A DNA stretch of 64,000 nt from NCBI GenBank assembly GCA_016187025.1, contig JACPKM010000004.1:228887-292886 (forward strand), in the 5' to 3' direction. Within the stretch, counting starts at the first letter, position 1. Every line of letters begins with the position of its first letter. The DNA comes from Candidatus Daviesbacteria bacterium (GTDB taxonomy: Bacteria > Patescibacteriota > Microgenomatia > Daviesbacterales > UBA10151). Shown here piece by piece: positions 1 through 10,203 of this stretch. Below the pieces are notes generated by a model. The model did no database searches. It had not been told where the DNA came from and saw only the letters and a list, made by a program, of their open reading frames with translations. The position numbers and the translations under genes are program-made.

Positions 1-1
1 T

Positions 2-1195
2 AATGCCTGTGTTACTCCCACTACCGGTACTACTGCCTGCGCCCAGCCTACAAACCCAAATCCCCCATCCGGTTGTACCGGAGGGCTTTGTTGTGCTGTC
101 TGCGGGGACGGGATATGTGATGGGTATAACGGAGAAAATGCTTCTAATTGCAACAGTGATTGCGGATCAGGCGGAGGTGGGGGCGGTGGAGGTAGTAATC
201 CTTGCGACGGTTTAGCTGCTACAGGCAGAGGAGCAGGAGCATGTTGCAGTTCAGACAGCCAGTGTACAGATGGGCTTTGTTGTAACAGTAATGGTACGTG
301 CGGGACTTGTGGGAACATCAGGAGCCCTGGTACGGCCGGATGTGGCTTTAACTGTGCCGGAGGTGGCAATAGCCTTTGTGCAAACTTTTTGCATTGCGTT
401 GGGACTGATGAATCAATGAATCCGCCATATCCTCCCAAAGATACCTGCTGGGAACCAAGCCGAGGATTAGATGATCCATGCGGAGGCGACCATTGCAGCT
501 GTGGTGCCGGCCTTTTCTGCGGATGGACCGGCTCAGGTGCGAGATGCGTTTGTGCCACCTCATGCGCACCGGCAAGCTCTGTGGCCTGCGGAACTCAGGC
601 TAGAAACTGCGGTGCAGACTGCGGATACACCGGAACATATTGTCCGACCGCGGGTGAAGTATGCATAAGCAACCGGTGCCTGCCTCAGCCCAACCCTCCT
701 GTCCATGTCTGCTATCCGGCCTCCGGATTACCACAGGATATTGACCTGTGTAATAACGAAGCTGCCATCTCTTTGGCCAAGACAAACATCTCTTTAAAGA
801 ATGCCGGGCCGGCTAATGCCTGCAGCACCCATACATTCAGGTTTTGGATCTTTACCAATCCCGACTATATTACCGGCCCCCTTCCTCTGCCAAGCGGTGG
901 CAATAATCCTGCAGAGGTGGTCTATGATTCGGGCTGGATGACTTCTGACCTGAAAAATTTTAACCAGGTCTTATCCATATCTGCGGGTTTGGCTCTTGGT
1001 TATGACTCAATTTTGTTTGATGGTACTTCGTATTATTGGAGGGCCCAGGCCTGGTCGGAATCCTGTAACCTGTTTTCTGCCCTTTCCAATGCCTGGATGT
1101 TTAAATATACCCCTGTTGACCCGTATCTTCAAACTACCCAGGGGGATGTGCATACAAACAAAGAGATAGATGTTTCAGGCGGGCCTCCTAACTAA
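2..1195 (+). CDS. Cysteine-rich secreted repeat protein (5' partial; continues from before window in frame 2)
   Basis: Frame 2 is open from nt 2 to the stop at 1195. The listed ORFs 3..215 and 389..1195 are fragments; true reading frame joins them. Many CxxC/CC...C...DG.C spacings (e.g. GGLCCAVCGDGICDG, CCSSDSQCTDGLCCNSNGTCGTCG), Gly-run linker, no catalytic motif recognised. Confidence 0.5.
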   Translation, partial: NACVTPTTGTTACAQPTNPNPPSGCTGGLCCAVCGDGICDGYNGENASNCNSDCGSGGGGGGGGSNPCDGLAATGRGAGACCSSDSQCTDGLCCNSNGTCGTCGNIRSPGTAGCGFNCAGGGNSLCANFLHCVGTDESMNPPYPPKDTCWEPSRGLDDPCGGDHCSCGAGLFCGWTGSGARCVCATSCAPASSVACGTQARNCGADCGYTGTYCPTAGEVCISNRCLPQPNPPVHVCYPASGLPQDIDLCNNEAAISLAKTNISLKNAGPANACSTHTFRFWIFTNPDYITGPLPLPSGGNNPAEVVYDSGWMTSDLKNFNQVLSISAGLALGYDSILFDGTSYYWRAQAWSESCNLFSALSNAWMFKYTPVDPYLQTTQGDVHTNKEIDVSGGPPN

Positions 1196-1204
1196 ACCAA
1201 AAGA

Positions 1205-4200
1205 ATGAGAAAAATTAAGCTTGCTGCTACCGTAATCATAATACTTATATTAACAGTTATTTTTTCCATTCAATACCAAAGCCCTGTTTTTGCCCAAAGT
1301 TCATGTGACCCAGCCAACATTGGAACCAACCAATTAGTAGGATGTTTATATAACTGGACAAGCACAAGTAACTACTTTGCAACACTGGATACAGATGCCC
1401 CATCATCTGATATAATTTCCTCTGTAAATACCTCCCAAGTTGTTTTCGGGCACGATTGGGGTATAAGTTCTGCTTCAAGCACAACAGGAGCTGATACTTT
1501 CTCATCCAGATGGAAAGGTAATATTACCTTTCCGCCAGGGACATATAAATTCTATACCAACTCTGATGACGGAACTAGGGTATACCTCGGAGTTGGAAGC
1601 ACTGCAAACATACTTAAAAATAATGGTACTACAGCTTCCTGGTCTGACCATGCAGCAACTTTAAGGTTTGAATCAAACCCTGTTTATATTGGTACCCAAA
1701 CTAACCAGCTTGTTACTTTAGAATTCTATGAGAATACCACGAATGCTTCAATCATATTTGGTTGGGATTATTCCAAGGCTGACCTTTATATACCAGACCT
1801 TTCAGCACCAGGCCCATATTCCAGGGGAGGCAATTATACATTTACTGCTACAGTAACCAATGGGGGCCAGGGCGTATCTCCTGCAGTAAGAGGCAGGTTT
1901 TGTATAGATAACCCAAGTTGCAGCTCAAATACCTCGGGAAGGATAGGCATTGATGACATATTAATTAACAATTTTTCTTCAGGTTTTTCAACAACTATTA
2001 CTTCACCAACCTGGACAGCTACCACAGATTCCCACACTGTGACTTTTTGTGCTGATGTAGCGGGGGTGGTTAATGAGACAGATGAAACAAATAACTGCAG
2101 AACCACTGAATTTATTGTCTTGCAACGCTGCGAACCGAACACAGCTGGAACTAACCAGTTATTAGGTTGTATGTATAGCGGCACTAATTTTAATGCCCTC
2201 AGTATAACTGCACCTGAAGGAATTATACTATCCCCTCCTGCTTCCGCTGTACCTGATTCTGCCCTGGCTATCTCCCGGGACTGGGAGATTAGCCCAAACC
2301 TCACAGGTAGTTTAGGAACAACTGATTTCTCTGCCAGATGGAAAGGTAATTTTTACTTTAAAGCTGGAACTTATCATTTCCGCGGTGGGTCAGATGACGG
2401 TATAAGAGTATATATAGATGGAGTTTTGAAAACCGGAGATTTAGAAGAATGGATAAACAGAAGTTATAGTGAGCATGGCCTTTTTTCTGTCACTTTCGAT
2501 GCACCAGGGTACTACCTGGTAACACTTGAGTATTATCAAGGAACAGGGGGTGCCAAAGTAAAATTGGGTTGGGATAAGGACCAGTCTACCTCTTCCGACC
2601 CGGTTAGTCTTTCTTTTTGTCAATCTAACGAACGGAACGAAGGCTTGATTTCTGCCAAAAGCATTACGGATGAGAGTATTTTTGGTAACCTGAACCAAAT
2701 TTGTGTAGTGGACCCGGAAAAAGCACCCTTTGTCCCTTTTAAAATCCCCAAATATGATGATTTGAAATCAATTTACTTTGACCAGGCTAAACAACCAGCC
2801 TCTTTCACCAAACATGAATCCCTAACAGGTGATAAAAACCACAATGATATTTCAACGGCAGGCAGTACCAGCCATTTGTATCATATAAAAAAAACCACTC
2901 CATTCTCTGCCGATGGTAACCTAAGCATTAGGGGTAATTTTCTAGGTGACCAAACCGGTACTCAAACCAGAGTAGTGTTTGTTGACGGCGATTTAAATAT
3001 AGGCCCTACGCCAAATAACACGTTTAAACATGGGGATGGACAATCGGGCATAGTGTTTGTAGTAAAGGGAGATATAAATATAGACAAGGGTATGGAAGAA
3101 ATTGACGGGGTATATATTTCTGAAGGGAACATATGCACATCCTTTAATGGCATAAGCTGCGATATCGTTGACATCCGGGTCTTTACATCCCAACTAATAG
3201 TCAACGGAAGCCTTATTTCCTTAAACCCGGCAAAGCCTATACAATTCAGAAGAAACTTAATTGATAATACTGAGCCCGGGGAAAAGGTTATTACTCAGGT
3301 AAAATATCTGGTAATCTTAAAAGATATATTTTCAGATACTTTACAAAGATGGTCTGAAATTCCGGCAGATGTGCCGATTCCCGGAAGCCTATGCGGTGCT
3401 GCCAGAACATCCTCGGATTGTCGACAGAGAAGTATATATGGTGCCGGTGCATGCGAATGGAAAGAGTGTAACAGTGGGGTTGTTTCAGCTTGCTGGCCCG
3501 AGGGAACAAGCGACTTAATTGCCTGTCCGCTTTCAGCCACTTGTACAGCCAATTCTACCTTTGTTGGAATAAACCAAGATGTAGTATGGAATATACAGGC
3601 CTCAGGCGGAATTAATACTCCCTATGAATATTTTTGGAATGAAGGCGCGGGTCTGGCAGCAGGCAATCAAACCCTAACCAAAAGATATACAACTACAAAT
3701 GATGCTGTTAATGTTTCAATCAGGGTTGAGCAATCAGGTAGTAGTCAATACGCTACTAATGCCTGTCCTACAGTTTCTGTTGGATGTATGAAGTATGTAG
3801 ATAGTGATGGAGATACTTATGGAGATGAAGATGGAGAGCTGCAACGGATAGATTGCTCTACAGCCGGGTATGTTGCCAATAATACTGACTGTGATGATAG
3901 TAATAATAAAATTTATCAAACTTTATCTACAGCAGCAAGAGATGAAGACAGAGACGGTTACACTCCGGCCGCTGTATCTAATCAATGCGTGGGTGGGACA
4001 TCTGCTATCAGCGGCAGGACTTATTATAAAGATGCAGCAGGCGCTTTTACCTGGTTAGCTGCAGCTTCTACAAGCATAGATTGCTATGATAAAAATGCCA
4101 TTGCTCATCCATATCCATCTGGCAGCAACCCCGCTTACCAGACAGTACGCAGGGGAGGAGCGGCTGTCACCGCCATCTCTACTAATCCTGATTCAGCAAG

Positions 4201-4480
4201 GAATTCAGGTTACTCCTTTGACTATAATTGTAATGGAAAAGTAGACATGAACCGTAGTACGCGAAGAACTGGAACAGATTATTGCGAAGATACTGGTAAT
4301 AATGTAAGTTATTATAAAAGCTGTGGTGATGTGAACATTGGAGAGGCTGAATGTGGCACAACAGTTTCCATTGCATGTACATCCTCCACGGTTTGTAATA
4401 CGAAATGTGGTCCAGATGGTTGTTACTTTACTGCATACCAGGGAGATAATAACAATACTCAAACAGTTGCGTGTTATTAA
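1205..4480 (+). CDS. Large secreted surface protein with two PA14-like domains and MopE-like Asp-rich metal-binding motifs
   Basis: N-terminal signal/TM (cleavage-like VFA-QSS). Two copies of the PA14/GLEYA signature (FSSRWKGNITFPPGTYKFYTNSDDGTRVYLG and FSARWKGNFYFKAGTYHFRGGSDDGIRVYIDG). C-terminal DGDTYGDEDG / TDCDDSNNKIY / DEDRDGYTP motifs resembling putative metal-binding (MopE-type) repeats. Confidence 0.6.
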   Translation: MRKIKLAATVIIILILTVIFSIQYQSPVFAQSSCDPANIGTNQLVGCLYNWTSTSNYFATLDTDAPSSDIISSVNTSQVVFGHDWGISSASSTTGADTFSSRWKGNITFPPGTYKFYTNSDDGTRVYLGVGSTANILKNNGTTASWSDHAATLRFESNPVYIGTQTNQLVTLEFYENTTNASIIFGWDYSKADLYIPDLSAPGPYSRGGNYTFTATVTNGGQGVSPAVRGRFCIDNPSCSSNTSGRIGIDDILINNFSSGFSTTITSPTWTATTDSHTVTFCADVAGVVNETDETNNCRTTEFIVLQRCEPNTAGTNQLLGCMYSGTNFNALSITAPEGIILSPPASAVPDSALAISRDWEISPNLTGSLGTTDFSARWKGNFYFKAGTYHFRGGSDDGIRVYIDGVLKTGDLEEWINRSYSEHGLFSVTFDAPGYYLVTLEYYQGTGGAKVKLGWDKDQSTSSDPVSLSFCQSNERNEGLISAKSITDESIFGNLNQICVVDPEKAPFVPFKIPKYDDLKSIYFDQAKQPASFTKHESLTGDKNHNDISTAGSTSHLYHIKKTTPFSADGNLSIRGNFLGDQTGTQTRVVFVDGDLNIGPTPNNTFKHGDGQSGIVFVVKGDINIDKGMEEIDGVYISEGNICTSFNGISCDIVDIRVFTSQLIVNGSLISLNPAKPIQFRRNLIDNTEPGEKVITQVKYLVILKDIFSDTLQRWSEIPADVPIPGSLCGAARTSSDCRQRSIYGAGACEWKECNSGVVSACWPEGTSDLIACPLSATCTANSTFVGINQDVVWNIQASGGINTPYEYFWNEGAGLAAGNQTLTKRYTTTNDAVNVSIRVEQSGSSQYATNACPTVSVGCMKYVDSDGDTYGDEDGELQRIDCSTAGYVANNTDCDDSNNKIYQTLSTAARDEDRDGYTPAAVSNQCVGGTSAISGRTYYKDAAGAFTWLAAASTSIDCYDKNAIAHPYPSGSNPAYQTVRRGGAAVTAISTNPDSARNSGYSFDYNCNGKVDMNRSTRRTGTDYCEDTGNNVSYYKSCGDVNIGEAECGTTVSIACTSSTVCNTKCGPDGCYFTAYQGDNNNTQTVACY

Positions 4481-4569
4481 ACACCTCCCTCTTGACTTAA
4501 GGGTGGAAATTATGAATAAATGTAATAAAGGACGAAAAAATTTTACATCGTCTATTTTTAAGAAAGGGG

Positions 4570-5154
4570 GTGAAAATTTTGAGAAAAACTGCTCATTTGC
4601 GGGTTTACCGCAATTTAATCTCTTCAAAGAAACCTTCAGGTTTCACATTAGTTGAACTCTTAGTTGTTATTGCAATTATTGCAGTTCTGGCAGCAGTTAT
4701 TGTGCTCATTATTAACCCTCTTGAGTTAACCAGGAGAAGCAGGGATGCAGCCCGTCTTACAGACCTTTCTAACTTGCAGCAAGCAATTAATGTTGCTGTG
4801 CAGGAGGCTACAACATCCGGTGCAGCTATTCTATGTAAGAGCGCGGGAGCATATCCTTGTAATGGCTCTTCTCATACGGGTACCAGGGCTTCGGATGGTA
4901 CAGGATGGGTTAAAGCTGATCTGAGTGCACAAAAAAGCGTTTCAGTTCCAACATTACCTATTGATCCGATTAACGACACAGCAAAACATTATACATACTG
5001 TGCAGATACTGATGCATGGGAGATCAATACCGCATTAGAGTCGGACCAGCTTAAGGTGAAGATGACCAGTGACGGTGGTGACGAGGATGATAAGTATGAA
5101 GTTGGGTCGAAACTGGATTTAATTATGGCAACCGGAGGATCTTGTACATATTAA
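4570..5154 (+). CDS. Type IV pilin (candidate major pilin), GTG/TTG start
   Basis: Class III signal: KKPSG-FTLVELLVVIAIIAVLAAV (G|FTLVE prepilin cleavage/methylation motif). 4 Cys in C-terminal half. First pilin of the operon. RBS-like AAAGGGGGTG upstream. Confidence 0.7.
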   Translation: MKILRKTAHLRVYRNLISSKKPSGFTLVELLVVIAIIAVLAAVIVLIINPLELTRRSRDAARLTDLSNLQQAINVAVQEATTSGAAILCKSAGAYPCNGSSHTGTRASDGTGWVKADLSAQKSVSVPTLPIDPINDTAKHYTYCADTDAWEINTALESDQLKVKMTSDGGDEDDKYEVGSKLDLIMATGGSCTY

Positions 5155-6050
5155 TGTTTAGTATTTGGTTTGGTTTAATAGTTGGAGCGGTTTTAGGCAG
5201 CTTTATCAAGGCAATTGCTGATAGAAGCTTACAAAACCGCTCCTTTTTTGGCAGGTCAAACTGCCAAAGATGCAATAAAAATATTGCCTGGTATGACCTT
5301 TTTCCTATAATTTCCTTTTTAATCCTTCGGGGTAAATGTAGAAATTGCGGTAAAAACATTGGGAAAGAGTATGTTTTGGTGGAGGTGGTATCAGCAGTAA
5401 TATTTGCCTTTTTTTTCTTCCAAATTTTTAAAACTTTTCCCGGGACGGAAAATTTACTAAAACTTACACTTTTTTTAGCTGATTTAGCTACAAAAACCTT
5501 TTTTATAACTATACTTTTGATTTTAACTATTACAGACCTTAAAAAAATGCTGATTCCTGACCGGGTAATACTCCCCTCTTTGCTTATTCTGGGAGCATTA
5601 CTGGTTCTTTTCACCGGTTATAAAATTTGGTATCTATATTATTCCCTTTCTCAAAACCCAATTGGTCTATATTTACTCCCCCCCCACAGTGATTATTTCA
5701 TCAGGCATGTTTTAGCCATAATAGATCCCCTTAAGTGGTCATTTTTAATGTTAGTTTTAATTTCCGGTTTTTTTATAACGTTAATTTTAATAACTAAAGG
5801 AAAAGGGATGGGGGGCGGTGATGTTAAGCTGGGAGCATTTATGGGCCTTGGTTTGGGGTTTCCAGGTGCACTGGTGGGGATAATGGTTGCCTTTTTTTCA
5901 GGGGCAATAATTTCGCTTTTTTTAATAGCTTTCAGAAAGAAAAGTTTTGGGGAGTCTGTTCCTTTTGGCCCCTTTTTAGTTTTAGGTAGTGTAATTGCCC
6001 TATTTTGGCAAACTGCAATTATTAATTGGTATTTAAACCTTTCGTTTTGA
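5142..6050 (+). CDS. pilD: Prepilin peptidase (A24 family, PilD-like)
   Basis: N-terminal tetracysteine CQRC...CRNC zinc motif, multiple TM helices, GGGDVKLGAFMGLGLGF catalytic-region signature typical of A24 prepilin peptidases. Confidence 0.8.
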   Translation: MYILMFSIWFGLIVGAVLGSFIKAIADRSLQNRSFFGRSNCQRCNKNIAWYDLFPIISFLILRGKCRNCGKNIGKEYVLVEVVSAVIFAFFFFQIFKTFPGTENLLKLTLFLADLATKTFFITILLILTITDLKKMLIPDRVILPSLLILGALLVLFTGYKIWYLYYSLSQNPIGLYLLPPHSDYFIRHVLAIIDPLKWSFLMLVLISGFFITLILITKGKGMGGGDVKLGAFMGLGLGFPGALVGIMVAFFSGAIISLFLIAFRKKSFGESVPFGPFLVLGSVIALFWQTAIINWYLNLSF

Positions 6051-6076
6051 GGCTAATTTTTCAAAAATCTGATATA

Positions 6077-6106
6077 TTGACAAGGTTTAGCAGTTGTGTG
6101 TACTAT
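6077..6106 (+). promoter_or_regulatory. sigma70-like promoter candidate (TTGACA-18-TACTAT) upstream of pilin gene
   Basis: TTGACA at 6077-6082 and TACTAT at 6101-6106 seen directly in sequence. Lies ~10 nt before ATG at 6117. Confidence 0.35.
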
Positions 6107-6116
6107 TAATTTAGTT

Positions 6117-6605
6117 ATGAAAAAGTTACTGCCCAAATCCGCAAATAACCCCAAAGGTTTTACTTTAATAGAGCTTTTGGTGGTTATCACAATAATTGCA
6201 ATACTGGCTACAGTAGGGGTGATATCGTACACGAATGTACAAAAGAGAGCCAGGGATGACAGAAGAATACAAGATGTTAACCAGATAATTGCAGCATGGT
6301 TAACTAATACACCTGCAGGTGGGCAACCAGGAGCTCTTGATGCCACCTGGTTTGCAAACGGCCAGGTTCCTACGGATCCTATGACCGGTCAGATGAAATG
6401 TGGAACAAATAATACTGCTACATGTAAATACTGTTTGAGAACAAATGCAGATTTTTGCTCTGCACCAGATGAAGATGGGAATGGGGGTGATACTGAGGTA
6501 ATCGATGAGATGAATCCAACAGTTCCTTTGACTGTTTGTGCAAATATGGAAAATGATATCAAAACCGGAACTGCTATAACTAGATATTATTGTAAGTCTA
6601 TATAA
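6117..6605 (+). CDS. Type IV pilin/pseudopilin
   Basis: NPKG-FTLIELLVVITIIAILATVGV prepilin N-terminus. Start chosen at ATG 6117 rather than upstream GTG 6096. Confidence 0.65.
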   Translation: MKKLLPKSANNPKGFTLIELLVVITIIAILATVGVISYTNVQKRARDDRRIQDVNQIIAAWLTNTPAGGQPGALDATWFANGQVPTDPMTGQMKCGTNNTATCKYCLRTNADFCSAPDEDGNGGDTEVIDEMNPTVPLTVCANMENDIKTGTAITRYYCKSI

Positions 6606-6620
6606 ACCCTTCTTAGGTTA

Positions 6621-7139
6621 ATGTACATCTGGCCAAACTCTCTGAAAGGCAGAAGAAATAATTTTGGATTTACCATGGTTGAGTTGCTGGTGGTAATTAC
6701 CATTATTGCCATCCTTACAACCATTGGAGTTGTTTCATATAGCAGGATAATGGCAAATACCAGGGATTCAAAAAGAGCTACTGATTTAAACATTGTCCAG
6801 AGCGCCCTGGAGCAATACCATGCTGACCAACACTATTATCCCGCTGCAATAAGCTTTACTGACTCATTTACAAATCAAACCGGTAATCCCATTACCATAC
6901 CACTAGCTTCCATCATAACTTATTTAAATGAAATGCCGTCTGATCCCCTATCCACCCGTCTGTACAATTATGCAGCTTCTCCAACCGGCTGCACAAATAG
7001 CAGTGGTAGTATTTGCAAAAGTTATTGTTTATATGCCAAGGTGGAAAACCCCACTAAAAATGCAAAAGCCCGGGCAGATTGCCCAACATTAACAATCGAC
7101 GAAACAACAACCTATGATTTAGAAATGGGTCCTCCTTAA
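6621..7139 (+). CDS. Type IV pilin/pseudopilin
   Basis: NNFG-FTMVELLVVITIIAILTTIGV prepilin N-terminus. Confidence 0.65.
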   Translation: MYIWPNSLKGRRNNFGFTMVELLVVITIIAILTTIGVVSYSRIMANTRDSKRATDLNIVQSALEQYHADQHYYPAAISFTDSFTNQTGNPITIPLASIITYLNEMPSDPLSTRLYNYAASPTGCTNSSGSICKSYCLYAKVENPTKNAKARADCPTLTIDETTTYDLEMGPP

Positions 7140-7179
7140 ATCTCTAGTAACTTAAATTTAAATATGCTACCGTTAATAT

Positions 7180-7719
7180 ATGCCCAAAGGTTTCACCCTT
7201 GTAGAAATTTTAGTTGTTGTGACAATTATAGGTGTTTTATCAGCTACTACCTTTGTCAAGTTAGGCCCAGTCACATCTGTGCAAATAATAAATAAAGCCT
7301 TGACAGAAACCCAGAGTTTAATAAGAACTGCCCAAAGCAATGCTACAACTTCAACCATCTGTGACACTAGAAGCGCCCTTTCCTGGTCTGTATACTTTGA
7401 CAGTACTGACCAGACTAAAATATACTTAAAATGCAATGACCGAACTACCCCAATAAAAACCCTAGCTTTAGAAAAAGCCAAAATAGAATCTATTGCCGGT
7501 AACGGAAACTCCTGTTTTAGCCAAGGAGCTACCACTTCTTATCCTACATCAAATGTCACAATAAAATTTTATACTTTGTACAGCAAAATGGAGTTTTTAG
7601 GGGATGATTGTATAGCTGAAAGTACAAGGCTGACAGTAACTCTAAAGACAGATAATACCTCAGTAGAAAAAACTACTGATTTTACAATAGACCAGGGCGG
7701 AGGCATTAATGTCAACTAA
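7180..7719 (+). CDS. Type IV pilin/pseudopilin
   Basis: MPKG-FTLVEILVVVTIIGVLSA prepilin N-terminus. Confidence 0.65.
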   Translation: MPKGFTLVEILVVVTIIGVLSATTFVKLGPVTSVQIINKALTETQSLIRTAQSNATTSTICDTRSALSWSVYFDSTDQTKIYLKCNDRTTPIKTLALEKAKIESIAGNGNSCFSQGATTSYPTSNVTIKFYTLYSKMEFLGDDCIAESTRLTVTLKTDNTSVEKTTDFTIDQGGGINVN

Positions 7720-8239
7720 AAATTCATCACAAAGCGGCCAGAGCTTAATTGAACTTATTATAGTTATTATGCTGGGAGTTTTAATTGTGGGGGCCCTGAC
7801 TTTTGCCACAATTGCCTCATTGAGAAATTCCCAGCTTGCAAAAACCCAATCCCAGGCTACAAAACTGGCTCAGGAGGGATTGGAAGCTGTCAGAAGGATC
7901 AGGGATGCTGATAAAAGGGTAACCTACACCTATGTTCCCAGCAGCGGAACCTCTACAACGACTGATGAATTTAGTGATTTATGGTCAGTCCCCTGCCCTT
8001 CAACCGGCAAGTGCTATTTTATTCTATCAAGTTCAAATACTGTTCTTCAGGAAGGGGGTTCAAGTAGCTATGAAGATATTTCAGGGAGGTTTACAAGGAG
8101 GTTTACAAGGCAGGTGATAATAGAAGATGGAAAAAGTACCGGAGTGGAAAAACTGGTGACGGTTTTGGTCAAATGGACTGATTTTGCCGGTGAACATGAA
8201 TCCAAGGTAACAACAATTCTAAGAAATAGAGATCTGTAA
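7709..8239 (+). CDS. Pilin-like minor pilin (atypical +1 residue)
   Basis: SQSG-QSLIELIIVIMLGVLIVGAL: class III-like signal with Gln instead of Phe at +1. Overlaps previous gene by 11 nt (operonic). Confidence 0.5.
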   Translation: MSTKNSSQSGQSLIELIIVIMLGVLIVGALTFATIASLRNSQLAKTQSQATKLAQEGLEAVRRIRDADKRVTYTYVPSSGTSTTTDEFSDLWSVPCPSTGKCYFILSSSNTVLQEGGSSSYEDISGRFTRRFTRQVIIEDGKSTGVEKLVTVLVKWTDFAGEHESKVTTILRNRDL

Positions 8240-8241
8240 AA

Positions 8242-8871
8242 ATGCAAAAAATATTAAATAAAAAGGGGTTTACACTTGTTGAAATGCTGGTGGTTATTGC
8301 CATACTGGGTATTTTTGGTTTAATGATGAGTGTTATATATATCCGTTCTTTAAAGGGAAGTTATAAATCCGAAGTTCTTTCTGCAATTAAAAGAAACGGA
8401 CAGCAGGTTTTGGAGGTAATGGATAAAACAATCCGTAATGCTGATAATATAGTTTGTGTAAATAATGCTTTCACTACTAATGATAGGACTTTAAAAGTAA
8501 TTGTTGTAGAGAAAGAAGGAAAATATACCAGATTTAGCTATATCCCCCCTGTTACCTCATCTCCAAAAAGGAACGGTTATATAGCCCAGGATAATTTAGA
8601 CTATGATCCAAATGAGTTACCATCTACTTTATGCGCGGAAAATATTGAGCAGGCATCTTCAACTTATAAAGTATTAACAGACAGCACACCTGCTGCTGGT
8701 TCTGGTTTGAGCGTCTCAGTTACAGATGCAGAAATTACCAGTGACAAATTGGCAGGGTTTAAGGACTTGGTTACCATATCTTTGTCAATTGAAGAAGGGG
8801 TTTCAATTTCATCTGATTTGGCAGGAGAAATTAGTCCGGAGACATTCCAAACAACCATTCAGTTGAGGTAA
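8242..8871 (+). CDS. Type IV pilin/pseudopilin
   Basis: NKKG-FTLVEMLVVIAILGIFG prepilin N-terminus. Confidence 0.65.
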   Translation: MQKILNKKGFTLVEMLVVIAILGIFGLMMSVIYIRSLKGSYKSEVLSAIKRNGQQVLEVMDKTIRNADNIVCVNNAFTTNDRTLKVIVVEKEGKYTRFSYIPPVTSSPKRNGYIAQDNLDYDPNELPSTLCAENIEQASSTYKVLTDSTPAAGSGLSVSVTDAEITSDKLAGFKDLVTISLSIEEGVSISSDLAGEISPETFQTTIQLR

Positions 8872-8881
8872 TATTAAAATA

Positions 8882-9781
8882 ATGAAAATCCACCAAACTC
8901 AGGGACAAACAATATTAATTTTACTCCTGGTAATGAGTGTGGCTTTGGCTTTAGGAGTTTCAATTATCCAAAGGAGCTTAACTGATGTTGCTACCTCCAC
9001 AAAAGTTGAGCAATCTACCAGGGCGTTTTATACAGCTGAAGCTGGTATAGAGAGGGCCTTAACAGGTGATAGTACGGGAGTAACCTTCAGTGATAACAAC
9101 TCACAAGCTATAGTTTTTGATTCAGGATTACTTCCCGCCCAGTCTACGCAGGAAGGCCAAGCAGGACAAGCTTTGGAATATCCCCCGGTATCTAAAGAAG
9201 ATATTGCCCAAGTCTGGTTGGCGAATCCTTCTACAAACCCTATGGCCCCTCATTACAGGCAATCTTCGCTAGATATATATTGGGGTGAACAAAATATTAA
9301 TACTACAGACTCTGATAATATGCCAGCAATTGCAATTGTACTTATTTATGAAGACCAGGGGGAATATAAGGCATCACGGTTTTATTTAGATTCTGATTTC
9401 AGGAGGATAGAATCTAACGGATTTAGGGATGCTACAATTGGGTCCGGTTCATGTGGGAATATATCTATAGAGACTAGTATGGGGCCAGGCCGGAGGTTTT
9501 ATTGTAAGTATACCCTGACAGATTTACCTTTAAGCATGATACTGCTAAGAGCAAGGATGTTATACAATAAATCAAACCAACCCTTTGCAGTCGGACCTAA
9601 ATGCGTAAACGATGACCCTGATTACCCAAATGATTGTTCTCTGCCCCCGCAAGCTAGAGTGATTACATCAATTGGTGTTTCCGGTGAAACTGAAAGAAGA
9701 GTACAGCTATTTAAACTCGATAAAGTAGTTCCGCCGTACTTTGATTACGCTATTTTCTCTGCCGGAGAAATATCTAAATAA
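8882..9781 (+). CDS. PilX-N-like minor pilin
   Basis: N-terminal GQTILILLLVMSVALALGVS hydrophobic segment followed by STRAFYTAEAGIERAL, matching the PilX N-terminal (..RAF.AAEAG..) pattern. Confidence 0.55.
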   Translation: MKIHQTQGQTILILLLVMSVALALGVSIIQRSLTDVATSTKVEQSTRAFYTAEAGIERALTGDSTGVTFSDNNSQAIVFDSGLLPAQSTQEGQAGQALEYPPVSKEDIAQVWLANPSTNPMAPHYRQSSLDIYWGEQNINTTDSDNMPAIAIVLIYEDQGEYKASRFYLDSDFRRIESNGFRDATIGSGSCGNISIETSMGPGRRFYCKYTLTDLPLSMILLRARMLYNKSNQPFAVGPKCVNDDPDYPNDCSLPPQARVITSIGVSGETERRVQLFKLDKVVPPYFDYAIFSAGEISK

Positions 9782-10203
9782 TGAACTTTTTCCGTAAAAA
9801 TCTGTTTCCACAAAGAGGCTTTTCTTTAATAGAGATTATGCTGGCAATTTCAACAATCTCTATCTTAATTATTTTAATCGCCAGTTTCCCCAATGCTATT
9901 AACTTAGTCACTAAAAGCCAGCATCAGAGCCTGGCAAGAGAAATCATATCCAAACAAATTGAAGATTTAAGAAGCCTTTCGTATATAAATTTGAGCTTAG
10001 GAGAAACACAACTGCTGGATTCGCGGCTGTCATTGCTTCCCAATGGAAACGGAAAAGTATTAGTTGAAAGCTGTGACGGAACTACTTGCTCAAATAATGA
10101 AAAAACTAAAAAAATTACTGTTAGGGTTTCTTGGAAAGAAGGTTCAAGAACTCAGGATGTCAATGTTTCAACCTTAATATCTGAAGGGGGCTTAAGTAAA
10201 TGA
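9781..10203 (+). CDS. Pseudopilin (GspJ/PilV-like)
   Basis: PQRG-FSLIEIMLAISTISILIILIAS prepilin N-terminus. Start overlaps previous stop (ATGA). Confidence 0.6.
   Translation: MNFFRKNLFPQRGFSLIEIMLAISTISILIILIASFPNAINLVTKSQHQSLAREIISKQIEDLRSLSYINLSLGETQLLDSRLSLLPNGNGKVLVESCDGTTCSNNEKTKKITVRVSWKEGSRTQDVNVSTLISEGGLSK

Noticed and set aside
3-215. Listed + strand ORF 3..215 (70 aa)
   Set aside because: It is in frame 3, whereas frame 2 is open across the whole 2-1195 interval and encodes a continuous Cys-rich protein joining ORF 389..1195. The frame-3 ORF is an overlapping artefact.
1257-4627. Multiple minus-strand ORFs (1257..1505, 1834..2304, 2441..2698, 2962..3204, 3295..3552, 4205..4627 etc.) inside the PA14 gene
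   Set aside because: Antisense shadow ORFs within a long, well-supported + strand gene. Low-complexity translations without motifs.
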